Source of the DNA: Candidatus Borrarchaeum weybense
Lineage (GTDB): Archaea; Asgardarchaeota; Sifarchaeia; Borrarchaeales; Borrarchaeaceae
Length of the DNA: 64,000 nt
Direction: 5' to 3'
Assembly: GCA_019057385.1 (NCBI GenBank)
Contig: JAHQJS010000008.1
Coordinates: forward strand, 96,001-160,000
Of the stretch, positions 9,131 through 18,476 are shown piece after piece (position 1 is the stretch's first letter; every line of letters starts with the position of its first letter). Both the position numbers and the translations under genes were made by a program. A model generated the notes under the pieces. That model was given only the letters and a program-made list of their open reading frames with translations. It made no database searches and had not been told where the DNA came from.

Positions 9131-12100
9131 ATTAAGATAGAAAACCTTCCACTTCCTAAAGAAGCTTTGGACCTATTAAAAGATCATGGACTCGTGGATC
9201 TTTATCCACCACAAGCAGATGCGATTCAAGGAGGTGTCCTTGATGGAGACAACATGTTATTAGCATGTCCAACAGCTTCTGGAAAAACGTTGATTGCAGA
9301 ATTAGCAATGCTGAAGCATATTCTAGAATGGAATGGTAAGGTAATCTATCTCGTTCCACTGAAAGCCTTAGCTTCTGAGAAGAAAGAAGAGTTCCAAAAA
9401 TATGAAGCTTTAGGAATAAAAACAATAGTAAGTACTGGGGATTTTGATACCAAGGATCAATGGTTGAAAAATTTCGATATAATAATCTGTTCTAACGAGA
9501 AAACTGATTCATTATTACGACATCAGGTTTCTTGGATGAAAGATATTTCACTTATTGTAAGTGATGAAGTTCATCTCATTACCGATCCAAGTCGAGGTCC
9601 AACACTTGAAGTAGTCCTGTCTAAACTAAGACAAATAAATCCAGAAGCTCAACTTCTTGCACTTTCTGCAACTATAAAGAATGCGAACGAAATTGCAGAG
9701 TGGTTAAATGCTAAATTAATTCTGAGCGAATGGAGACCTGTAATCTTACGAGAGGGGGTTTATTACAACGGAACAATTGAGTTTGAAGATGGAGAATTAG
9801 AAGAAATCACAGCCACATCCATAAAACCGGAAAAAATTAGCAAAAGAAAAACAACAGCCAAAAAAAGAAAGAAAAAAACAAGACAAACTATTGATGACCC
9901 CATGATAAACTTGTTAAGAGATATACTACGTAAAAATGGACAGATGATAGTTTTTACAAATACAAGAAAATCGACAATGTCATTAGCTTCTAAATTAGCG
10001 AGATCTATACTAGATTTTTTGACAGATGAAAACAGAGATGTATTCAAAAGTATCAACGAAGAAATCTTGTCTACGGGGGCAGACACTTCATTACGAGCAC
10101 GTTTAGCGCAGACAGTTTTAGGAGGAGTAGCATTTCATCATGCTGGGATGGATTATCGGCATAGAAGGATAGTAGAGGCTTACTTCAAAGAAAGAATCAT
10201 TTTTGCAATTTGTGCAACTCCGACACTTTGTCTTTCTCCTGAAACTAAGATATGGCATGGAATATTTGAAACAAAAGTGCCCGATTTCAAAACTTCCAAT
10301 CCACTCTTTGCATTATCCCAGAATAAATTAATTTCAATAAAAGCATCTCATGTTTACGATCTTGCTAATTTTTCCCCGTTAATTCAAATATCATCTGTTT
10401 CAGGTTATTCAATTAGAGTAACTCCTAACCACAAAATGCTAGTTAAAAGAAATAATCGGCCAATGATTATTCAAGCTTGTCAAATTGTCAAAACAGATAA
10501 AATTGCCACAATAGGGAAATTATCCCTCAAGGAAACTTATTATTGTAATATCGATGATTTTGTTATAGATAACAGACATAACGTTACTAAACACGAAATT
10601 GATCACGATTTAGCATACTTTGTTGGACTGATGCTGGGAGATGGTTACTCTGGTGCAGAAACAAAAGAAGGTTTAATTTTTTATAAAGGCTCACCATCAA
10701 TTGTTGGATTAGATGATGAAATATTTTCACATGTAGAAAAGGTCTGTTATAAACTGAATATTAGTTGCAGGAAATCAATAAACTCATTCGACACACCTAT
10801 GCTTATTTTAGGGAAAAACAAATGGTTTCGAGAATTTTTAGTTAGATGCGGAGTTGAAAAAGGAGATCAGAAATATATTAATTCTGCTCTTATGAAAATG
10901 AATCTAGAAAAAACATCTTCTTTGCTAAGTGGTCTCTTTGATAGTGACGGATATGTCAACAAAGGAAGAAACATAGGGTTTAGTAATACATCAGAAAAGC
11001 TTGTGAAGCAAGTAAAAAAACTACTTCTGAGATTTGGAATAGTAAGCCGTCTTAGAAAACGAAAAGGTAGTTCAATAAAACTTCATAAAAAGGAATATGA
11101 AACAAAACCATGTTATGAACTAATAATCGCTCAGACACAGAGTTTATTAGACTTTCACAATTATATTAAGTTCAATGTTTCGAGAAAACAAAAAGAACTT
11201 AGTTCATTAATAGCAAAAATCAAATCAAATGTTCTGCATATATCCTGTTCAAAATGTAACTATAAGATTTTTAGATCTCTTTTTTCTGGCCGAACCGAGA
11301 AACAGAAAGAATGGGGAGAATTAAAGCATTCAATAATCTGTCTCTTGGGTAAGCAAGGGGAACTTGGGTCAAATGAAATTGAGAAAATCTTAGGTAAAAA
11401 ACCTAGAAAGAAAGATAATCGAATAAACCAACATTATGAATTAATCAATAAACGGAAGATTGGTAGTGTTAGCAAGATCGAGTGGTTTTGGAGTCTTAAT
11501 GAAATCGGTAAATGGATTTTCACAAATTTTCTTGTTAACGATAGAAATTTCGATGATTTTTTCAATTTAAAACATTGTCCTTTATGTGGAACAAGATTTG
11601 AAGGTAAAATAAGAGGTAACTGGAGAACTAATGATTTTTATGGTGATATCTTTTGGGATATCATTCGAGAAATTAAGTATGTCAAATCAAGCCAACGTGT
11701 TTTCGATATTGTTTTACCAAATCTTCCTGAAAATGATCATCTGTTTGTAGCAAACGGGTTTATTGTTCATAACTCAGCAGGTCTCAACCTTCCAGCAAGA
11801 CGAGTTGTAATAAGAGATTATAAGAGATACAGTTTTAGTAGAGTAAGATTGGGAAACCTAGTAGAAATACCTGTATTAGAGTATAAACAAATGGCAGGTA
11901 GAGCTGGAAGACCAAAGTTTGATACTGTTGGCGAAGCCATTCTAATTTCCAAGTCAGAAGAAGAAAAAGATGAACTAATGGAACGCTATATAAAAGGGGA
12001 TACTGAAAGAATTACCTCAAAACTTGCAGCGCTATCTTCTCTGAGAAGTCATCTTTTAGGTATTATTGCCACTGGTTTTGTTGATACAGAGGGTGACATT

Positions 12101-12970
12101 TACAAGTTTTTAGAGAGTACCTTTTATGGTCATCAATACTCAATGGAAGAAATTTCAGCAATAATTTCTGATGTGATTGGCTTTTTAATTACAGAGCAGT
12201 TGATTGAATATAAGAATGGGAAAATTATTCCAACCAAATTTGGTAAACGGGTTTCGAATCTTTACATAGATCCCTATTCAGGTGCTATAATCAAAAACAC
12301 ACTTCAAGATTCGCTAGACAGAACTTTAACCGATTTAGGTCTCCTTCACCTCATTTGCTCAACGCCAAACATGCTTCAGTTCTATCTGAGAAAGAAAGAC
12401 TACGCTGAAATGTTGTTCTTTGTAGAGGATAACTATAATGAATTGTTAATCGATGTACCAGATGAATACGATCCCGATTTTGAGTTTTTTTTGTCCAATA
12501 TTAAGACAGCCAAAGTATTACTTGACTGGATTGATGAAGTAGAGGAAGAAGATTTATCTATGCGCTATTCTGTAAGTTCTGGCGATTTATTTAATTTGAC
12601 AGAAGCAGCAGATTGGTTGCTTTATGCAACCCTAGAGATAGCAAAACTTTTCAAGTTAAAAGAACCACGAAAACTAGTTAAAACTCTCCGAACTAGAGTA
12701 AAATATGGCATAAAAGAAGAACTTGCAGAATTAGTCAACATTAAAGGTGTTGGGAGAAAAAGAGGGCGTTTATTGTATAAAAACGGAATTAAAACAATAG
12801 AAGATCTCAAAAAAGCTCCGATTAAGAAGTTGTTAAATATACCAACTCTAGGTAAATCGCTTCTTAGAGATATCTTTCAACAAATAGGACGTGAATTCGA
12901 TACATCAGGTTTAGCACCAGAAGAAATCGAAAATAAAAAACCTAGTCAAACTCGTTTAACTTCTTTCTAA
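9131..12970 (+). CDS. hel308: Hel308/Ski2-like SF2 helicase with one intein
   Basis: PTASGKT, DEVH, LSAT, FHHAG, QMAGRAGRP, HhH region, C-terminal PIP-box-like QTRLTSF. ORF track starts at 9167; the frame extends to an ATT at 9131 behind a GGAGG site. Confidence 0.93.
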   Translation: MKIENLPLPKEALDLLKDHGLVDLYPPQADAIQGGVLDGDNMLLACPTASGKTLIAELAMLKHILEWNGKVIYLVPLKALASEKKEEFQKYEALGIKTIVSTGDFDTKDQWLKNFDIIICSNEKTDSLLRHQVSWMKDISLIVSDEVHLITDPSRGPTLEVVLSKLRQINPEAQLLALSATIKNANEIAEWLNAKLILSEWRPVILREGVYYNGTIEFEDGELEEITATSIKPEKISKRKTTAKKRKKKTRQTIDDPMINLLRDILRKNGQMIVFTNTRKSTMSLASKLARSILDFLTDENRDVFKSINEEILSTGADTSLRARLAQTVLGGVAFHHAGMDYRHRRIVEAYFKERIIFAICATPTLCLSPETKIWHGIFETKVPDFKTSNPLFALSQNKLISIKASHVYDLANFSPLIQISSVSGYSIRVTPNHKMLVKRNNRPMIIQACQIVKTDKIATIGKLSLKETYYCNIDDFVIDNRHNVTKHEIDHDLAYFVGLMLGDGYSGAETKEGLIFYKGSPSIVGLDDEIFSHVEKVCYKLNISCRKSINSFDTPMLILGKNKWFREFLVRCGVEKGDQKYINSALMKMNLEKTSSLLSGLFDSDGYVNKGRNIGFSNTSEKLVKQVKKLLLRFGIVSRLRKRKGSSIKLHKKEYETKPCYELIIAQTQSLLDFHNYIKFNVSRKQKELSSLIAKIKSNVLHISCSKCNYKIFRSLFSGRTEKQKEWGELKHSIICLLGKQGELGSNEIEKILGKKPRKKDNRINQHYELINKRKIGSVSKIEWFWSLNEIGKWIFTNFLVNDRNFDDFFNLKHCPLCGTRFEGKIRGNWRTNDFYGDIFWDIIREIKYVKSSQRVFDIVLPNLPENDHLFVANGFIVHNSAGLNLPARRVVIRDYKRYSFSRVRLGNLVEIPVLEYKQMAGRAGRPKFDTVGEAILISKSEEEKDELMERYIKGDTERITSKLAALSSLRSHLLGIIATGFVDTEGDIYKFLESTFYGHQYSMEEISAIISDVIGFLITEQLIEYKNGKIIPTKFGKRVSNLYIDPYSGAIIKNTLQDSLDRTLTDLGLLHLICSTPNMLQFYLRKKDYAEMLFFVEDNYNELLIDVPDEYDPDFEFFLSNIKTAKVLLDWIDEVEEEDLSMRYSVSSGDLFNLTEAADWLLYATLEIAKLFKLKEPRKLVKTLRTRVKYGIKEELAELVNIKGVGRKRGRLLYKNGIKTIEDLKKAPIKKLLNIPTLGKSLLRDIFQQIGREFDTSGLAPEEIENKKPSQTRLTSF
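10229..11773 (+). mobile_element. Hel308 intein (515 aa) with LAGLIDADG endonuclease
   Basis: ATPTL|CLSPET...FIVHN|SAGLNLP; VTPNH; VGLMLGDG and LSGLFDSDG. Confidence 0.95.
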
Positions 12971-13138
12971 TATTTTGTTCATCTCAATAGAAATCTTGTA
13001 TTTTGCAAGAACCTAAAAAATAATCCTTATAGTAATGTTTATCATAAATTTATTAAATAGTGTCTCCTATTGAAGAAATACTCTCTTAATACCATTTTCT
13101 ATGTATTTGGAAAGTTTTCACCTAGCAAACTATTGTAA

Positions 13139-14215
13139 ATGGTGGAATCTGTGACAACAGGAATCGTTTATTCACCAGAATATCTTGAACATATACCTAC
13201 CCGCTCTACCCATCCTGAAGCAAGAAGAAGACTAATTTTGATTAAGCAAATTTTAGATGAATATAATGTGTTTGCTAATCCATTAATTCAATTAATTGAG
13301 CCAAAAACAGCAACTCCAGAAGATGTGCTAGCCGTACATTCTGAAAAACTCTTCGAGCTTGTGAAACACACATCAGAAGAAGGTGGAGGTTATCTTGACC
13401 CAGATACAGTAGCATCACAAAGAACTTTTGAGATAGCGTTACTTGCTGCAGGTGGTGTAATAGAAGCTGTCGAACAATGTGTTCAAGGAACAGTTGAAAA
13501 CTCTTTTGCAATAATACGCCCTCCTGGACACCATGCGACGAAAAAAAGAGCAATGGGGTTCTGTTTTTTCAATAATGTTGCTATTGCGGCGAATTATCTT
13601 CTGAAAAACCATGAAATGGATAGAGTTGCCATTTTGGATATTGATAGTCATCATGGAAATGGAACGCAAGACATTTTTTACGATTCATCAGAAGTGCTAT
13701 ATATCTCACTCCATCAAGATCCGTTGACTTGTTATCCTGGAACGGGCTATATTGAAGATCTTGGAGTTGGAAAAGGTCTTGGGTACAATGTAAACATTCC
13801 TCTGCGCCCTTTAACAACTGATGAACCGTATCTCTATGCTGTCAATGAAATTGCTGTTCCTATAATTGATCAATTCGAACCAGAGTTCATTTTAGTCTCT
13901 GCGGGCTATGATACTTACTATCGTGATCCTCTCACACATATGGCATTAACAACATATGCTTACAAAGAAATTTTCCGTACTGTTAAAGAACTTTCAACAA
14001 AATGCAAAAATAATGCTTTTGTTACAGCGCTTGAGGGAGGATACAGTCAAAGAGGTTTACAGATGGGTGTGTTAATTTCTATTTCTGAGATGGCAGGGCT
14101 TGGTATTGAGGTCGAAGAAGCACCTCCAGAAGAGAATCACGATATTAATTATGAATACACCCAAAAAATTGTAGCAAAACTCAAGAACTCTCTCTCTGCG
14201 TTTTGGAACTTCTAA
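13139..14215 (+). CDS. Histone deacetylase family (Zn-dependent) protein
   Basis: HPE..RL, RPPGHHA, GFCFFNN, DIDSHHGNGTQ, SAGYD, LEGGY. Confidence 0.95.
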   Translation: MVESVTTGIVYSPEYLEHIPTRSTHPEARRRLILIKQILDEYNVFANPLIQLIEPKTATPEDVLAVHSEKLFELVKHTSEEGGGYLDPDTVASQRTFEIALLAAGGVIEAVEQCVQGTVENSFAIIRPPGHHATKKRAMGFCFFNNVAIAANYLLKNHEMDRVAILDIDSHHGNGTQDIFYDSSEVLYISLHQDPLTCYPGTGYIEDLGVGKGLGYNVNIPLRPLTTDEPYLYAVNEIAVPIIDQFEPEFILVSAGYDTYYRDPLTHMALTTYAYKEIFRTVKELSTKCKNNAFVTALEGGYSQRGLQMGVLISISEMAGLGIEVEEAPPEENHDINYEYTQKIVAKLKNSLSAFWNF

Positions 14216-14218
14216 ATT

Positions 14219-14794
14219 TCACCAAATACAATACTTCTCATAGATTTTTGTAGGATATACAATAATCCACGGAACTATAATATCCCATGCTGATTGCACG
14301 GTATTCAGTATCAATACATATACTACAATTTCCATCAAAGGAGTTCCAAAAAGCAAACCAACGACAGCTACAACTAATGGAAGCATTATAGCAATTCTTA
14401 CAAGAGTTGCGATTATTCCAGAACCAAACCAAAGTTTTGTGGAGGCAAAGTCGCTCCCAGAACACGATTCATTTTTTTTCGTGATTCTTAATGCTAAATA
14501 TGGAATTATCATCATTGGAAGTGTAGCTGCTAACTTCATAAATGGTCCAATAGGGGCAAATGGGTCAAAAAACATTAAACCCATGGTTCCTGCTACACTA
14601 CAGATTATCCCTGAACGAATACCAAAAATCAGAAAGCAGACCATCCAGACAATGCTGATTGGATCAAAGAGAGCGATGCCCCATGGTAATCTTGGAATAA
14701 AAGCAGCGGAAAATGAAACTACTATTGATAATGCACCAAATAATGCCGCGCCAGCAATTTCTAAAGTGGGGGAATAATATACTTTTGTGCCCAT
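14219..14794 (-). CDS. Membrane protein, ECF S-component-like
   Basis: 5-6 TM helices; FDP and IGPFMK motifs. Confidence 0.6.
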   Translation of the reverse strand: MGTKVYYSPTLEIAGAALFGALSIVVSFSAAFIPRLPWGIALFDPISIVWMVCFLIFGIRSGIICSVAGTMGLMFFDPFAPIGPFMKLAATLPMMIIPYLALRITKKNESCSGSDFASTKLWFGSGIIATLVRIAIMLPLVVAVVGLLFGTPLMEIVVYVLILNTVQSAWDIIVPWIIVYPTKIYEKYCIW

Positions 14795-14969
14795 AAGTAA
14801 TACATCCTAAATTCTTGAAGCAGCAGAGATAGAAGTTGCCTAATAAAGTTTGTGTTTCTACTCACGAATGAGTAGGAAAAATCTCATATCAAATAAAAAT
14901 CCTTAAATATACCCACATTTTGCCATAAGTACGCACTTCTATATAATCTTAAATATGGGGCTGATTACT

Positions 14970-15106
14970 GGGGCCACCCCTATTCACAAAGAATATGGGC
15001 TCTATGTGGTCTAGCATGGTATGATTCCCGCCCGGGGCGCGGGAGATCCTGGGTTCAAAAAATAGGGACTCATTGTCTTTATTTGAATTTCCTGGCGGCC
15101 CCACCA
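14970..15106 (+). tRNA. tRNA-Pro(GGG) with two 30-nt introns (6/7: 14976-15005; 59/60: 15060-15089), encoded CCA
   Basis: Spliced cloverleaf GGGGCC^G TG GTCT AGCATGGTA TGAT T CCCGC CCGGGGC GCGGG AGATC CTGGG TTCAAA^T CCTGG CGGCCCC A CCA; strict BHB at the T-loop intron, relaxed BHB at the acceptor-stem intron. Confidence 0.85.
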
Positions 15107-15155
15107 TCACCCATTTCCCACTGCAATGTAGATATGAGTATAGTAGGTTAAATCT

Positions 15156-15443
15156 ATGAGTTTATCAGAAAAAGAAGTGGAGCATATTGCAGAACTCGCA
15201 AAAATAAAAATCACGGAAAAAGAAAAGAAACAATTCACAAAACAGTTCAATGAAATTTTGCAATTCTTTCATCAACTAGATGAGATTGATATCTCATTGA
15301 TTAAGCCTACTTTTCATGTAGTTGATATTAAGAATAGGTTTCGAGATGATAACATAGAACCTACGCTTTCAAGCGACGAAACGCTTAAGAATGCTCCAAA
15401 AACAGAAAAGAACTTTGTTAAAGCACCAAAATTGTTCGATTGA
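15156..15443 (+). CDS. gatC: Asp/Glu-tRNA amidotransferase subunit C
   Basis: EVEHIAELAKI...FRDD...LKNAP...FVKAPK. Confidence 0.93.
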   Translation: MSLSEKEVEHIAELAKIKITEKEKKQFTKQFNEILQFFHQLDEIDISLIKPTFHVVDIKNRFRDDNIEPTLSSDETLKNAPKTEKNFVKAPKLFD

Positions 15444-15476
15444 TGAGTTACCGTTTTTTTGTAAAAAAATAGCCTC

Positions 15477-15773
15477 TTAAGATTTCACAGCCTCTTGAAA
15501 TTTAGTTAGTACTTCATTGCAAAGCTCAGACAGTTTGTCAGAAGCCTCAATAAGTGCTTCAGTTGGTGTTTTCTGTTCATTTGTTTTAATATAGAAGATT
15601 GGATTTGCATGAGTTGGATGATCAATCTTGTATGAAACAAATTCTACATTATCATCCTCTAGTAATATGTTTCGTAATGCATTGCACAGTGTATGATCCT
15701 CACCTTCGATTTCAAATTCAAGACTATTGCTCTTTATCTTCATATCTAAAATATTTACTTTCATTTCCATCAC
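15477..15773 (-). CDS. rpoL: RNA polymerase subunit L (Rpo11)
   Basis: GEDHTLCNALR...SYKIDHP; csl4 neighbourhood. Confidence 0.95.
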   Translation of the reverse strand: MMEMKVNILDMKIKSNSLEFEIEGEDHTLCNALRNILLEDDNVEFVSYKIDHPTHANPIFYIKTNEQKTPTEALIEASDKLSELCNEVLTKFQEAVKS

Positions 15774-15885
15774 CTACTAATGCCCTTCAATAAGGAGTGA
15801 CATAAGAATGACCATAAAAATTCTGTAATTCATGAAATTCTTCTTAATATGACTTTAATCAACTATTCATAAATATGACGCAAGG

Positions 15886-16923
15886 TTACTCCCTGTTTAC
15901 GGGGGAGAGGAATTGCGTTCTAAACGATATGCGTGTGAGTATAGTACATTCTTCTTTCTTACCGTTTTGTGTCAGACGTTTACCAGTCTCTGCACTGTGC
16001 AGGCTTAATCGCTTGTTGTGGGTATACCCGCCTATATAGCATAACCCATAGTTGCTATGCTTTACTAATGTGCCGCGTTTTAGCCCTAATGAGATTGTTC
16101 CGCCGTATCTCTTTCGTATGCCTCCTTGTGAACAGTTGTACCTATGTAATTGGCGTCTGTGGAATTGTAACGGAGTTACATAGTACAGACTTTTTGTGGT
16201 AGGATATTGTGTTCCGGTTATGGCGGCGGCTATTACCCAAGCGTCTATACAATGGGTCTCAAATATCGGTTTTGATTTACTTTTCTTCTTTTTTAATCCC
16301 AATAGTTCTCTCAACTTCTTTGTTTCGTTGCCTTGCGCTAGTATTACGGTTAGCTTCAGTTTTTGGAGTTCAGTATAGAAATACAACTTACCTACTTCTA
16401 ATGGGCTAAAATTGGTATTCCATCTCTTCTGATAGTTCTTTGTAACAACTTTAATATCTTCTACCACCGCATATTTGATAGGGATTATTGTGCATAATTG
16501 AGTGATAATTCTCAGTTTGGCATCCCAGCGGGCTTTGGTTGAAGGCGGTATTCTTGTCTGGTTTTTTAATCTGTTTTTCTTGCATTTCCTTCGGCGAGTT
16601 TTTCTTTTTCTTCGCGTCCTTCGTGCATTTCGCCTTTGTGCCACCTTCTTTTTCACCCAAGTTACCGCCTCAGACATAATATTGACTACGGTCTCAACAT
16701 TTCCAACGACTGAGAAGCCTTCGAATTTCGTGCCCGGATCTACGCCGATGGCCAGTGGTTGTGTGACGGGGAGTTTAGGATCGAAATGTAACTGGATATA
16801 GAATAAGCCCAGTTTGTTGCGTTTCTTAGTGGCTTTATTTTGTGCTAAGAGTTTTCTGGCTTTCGAAGATGTACAGGGCATTAATGGGGTGCCATTTTTG
16901 CTGATGACAGGAACTCTACCGAT
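15886..16923 (-). CDS. isrB: IsrB (RRXRR family; HNH-less IscB relative, RNA-guided nickase)
   Basis: PLMP motif, RuvC-I GVDPG, Arg-rich bridge helix, RuvC-II VVED, RuvC-III HCIDA, no HNH domain. The ORF-track start at 17115 runs through the omega RNA; homology begins near 16923 (ATC). Confidence 0.88.
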   Translation of the reverse strand: MGRVPVISKNGTPLMPCTSSKARKLLAQNKATKKRNKLGLFYIQLHFDPKLPVTQPLAIGVDPGTKFEGFSVVGNVETVVNIMSEAVTWVKKKVAQRRNARRTRRKRKTRRRKCKKNRLKNQTRIPPSTKARWDAKLRIITQLCTIIPIKYAVVEDIKVVTKNYQKRWNTNFSPLEVGKLYFYTELQKLKLTVILAQGNETKKLRELLGLKKKKSKSKPIFETHCIDAWVIAAAITGTQYPTTKSLYYVTPLQFHRRQLHRYNCSQGGIRKRYGGTISLGLKRGTLVKHSNYGLCYIGGYTHNKRLSLHSAETGKRLTQNGKKEECTILTRISFRTQFLSPVNRE

Positions 16924-16924
16924 T

Positions 16925-17149
16925 GCGGTCTCCCTGTCAGAGTCGTGTTTCCCTTCGACAAGGTATATCGGGCGTAGTCTATTAGTGGTAGACGTGGAAT
17001 TGAGTGATTCTTCCGAAGTGGGCTGAACTAGGGAGGCATCCAGCCATTCTTGTAGCCCAATACACGTAGTTCTTGCAGAACTTAGTCTAGTCAATTCTTG
17101 CGTTGGTATCACCATCCCAAGCCCCGTCCTTCAGGGCGGGGTAATTGAC
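16925..17149 (-). ncRNA. omega RNA (HEARO-like) scaffold of IsrB; guide expected from the 5' flank (about 17150-17170)
   Basis: GTCAA..hairpin..TTGACTAGACT..CTACG..GGATGCCTCCCTAGT..GTCGAAGGGA motif order. Confidence 0.85.
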
Positions 17150-17161
17150 AAATATGACGAA

Positions 17162-17803
17162 CTAGATGCTTTCGTTATCGTCTATATGATTGCTTACGAA
17201 TGCTTTTAAAAAGTTGTTTATGTTGACTGCAAAACTATATCGATCCTCTTCTTTTTTATCTTTTCTGATCATTCCGGATTCTAAAGCACGTTCAAGGATT
17301 GTAAATAGGTCTAAATCACTTATTACCGCAAGAACTGCTAATTGTTCACGGACAACTTTTGGTTTAATAAAAACATCAGTCTCTCTTATCAAAGAGTCTA
17401 AACTATGAATATAGTCAATTATTACCTGAAGTGGGGCATCACTTTTGATGAAATCTGAAGTGGAACTATCTATTTTATACCCTTTGTGTTGAAGCAGTTT
17501 TCGAAGTAATTCTACCCGAATCGTTGCTCCTGCTTCACGAAATAGAAAACCTATTTCGTAATTGAATAAACCCTGCCTATCTGGATAAAGCAGGCCCTTT
17601 GTTTGTTTCTGTATATGTTTAATTTCTGAGATAGCGAGCTTAACGTTTTCGCGCGATCCTGCAAGGCGCAAACGAATGTAACCCGGCTTTGCAGATAGAT
17701 ATAGATCTACAACTTTTATTCTCTCAAGCTGGTTAATAAAAAAAACACGTTCTTCGTTATTGCTAACCCTTATTACCATTTCCTTCTTGTATGTCCTTGC
17801 CAA
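17162..17803 (-). CDS. Conserved archaeal protein, probably DUF2067 family
   Basis: Position between csl4 and rpoL; size and general motif pattern. Confidence 0.65.
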   Translation of the reverse strand: MARTYKKEMVIRVSNNEERVFFINQLERIKVVDLYLSAKPGYIRLRLAGSRENVKLAISEIKHIQKQTKGLLYPDRQGLFNYEIGFLFREAGATIRVELLRKLLQHKGYKIDSSTSDFIKSDAPLQVIIDYIHSLDSLIRETDVFIKPKVVREQLAVLAVISDLDLFTILERALESGMIRKDKKEEDRYSFAVNINNFLKAFVSNHIDDNESI

Positions 17804-17900
17804 TCATTTCACTCTCTTGAGCCTGACCGTTTAAAGGAAAAATAAAATATATGTTAAGCATTAGCATTTGCACTTATTTTTGTTTTAAGTCACTGCAAGC

Positions 17901-18476
17901 TCAAATCGATAAATAATCCTCAGAAATCTTACGTCGTTCGACGTTCTCGCAATCCATACATTTCAATGTTGATCGTCCTTTTCTTTGTAAATACGCCCCA
18001 CATCTTGTACATCTTGCTAATATACAACCAAATTGGTGTCCAACAGTTGATATATAGCATGGTTGTCTTTTGTCGTCTACAACGTGTGCTTTTACAATAT
18101 CACCAATCCGGTATGCATCGGTCATGTTCTCAGTGTAGCTCTCACTTACGCAGCTTATATGCAACGTACCAGTCACTGGGGTATGTAATTCAGTGGAATC
18201 GATCTTTCCGATCGTAAGATCGACAAGTTGCTTTTTGGCATCTGAAACTTTGCCATAAACGATTGCCCCTTTAACAGGAGTGATTGGTTTATTATTTTTT
18301 GCGATGACTGAAATTCGTTTTGTCTTTGTATTGACATTAACATTTCCAATTATACTCGCTAAAATTAATCCGCCTTCTTCATACGTCCCGCTATCGGCAA
18401 TAAATTCTTCAATTACTCCTAGTACATCACCAGGTACTACTAAATCTCCAGAATTGATTTGTTCTTTAACTTTCAT
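17901..18476 (-). CDS. csl4: Exosome RNA-binding subunit Csl4
   Basis: VVPGD..EEF..GTYE, S1 domain, C-terminal Zn ribbon CTRC/CMDC..ERRKIS. Confidence 0.93.
   Translation of the reverse strand: MKVKEQINSGDLVVPGDVLGVIEEFIADSGTYEEGGLILASIIGNVNVNTKTKRISVIAKNNKPITPVKGAIVYGKVSDAKKQLVDLTIGKIDSTELHTPVTGTLHISCVSESYTENMTDAYRIGDIVKAHVVDDKRQPCYISTVGHQFGCILARCTRCGAYLQRKGRSTLKCMDCENVERRKISEDYLSI

Larger units (their letters stand above)
15871..17149 (-). mobile_element. IS200/IS605-superfamily element carrying isrB and its omega RNA, no tnpA
   Basis: On the minus strand begins GTCAATTACCCCGCCCTGAAGGACGGGGCTTG, ends in a subterminal hairpin and is followed by ATGA; interrupts the DUF2067-rpoL spacer. Confidence 0.88.

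Noticed and set aside
14957-14963. GGGGCTG as an alternative 5' acceptor strand for tRNA-Pro
   Set aside because: It can pair with CGGCCCC but gives no inner helix next to the splice bulge; a start at 14970 gives a better BHB and a perfect stem
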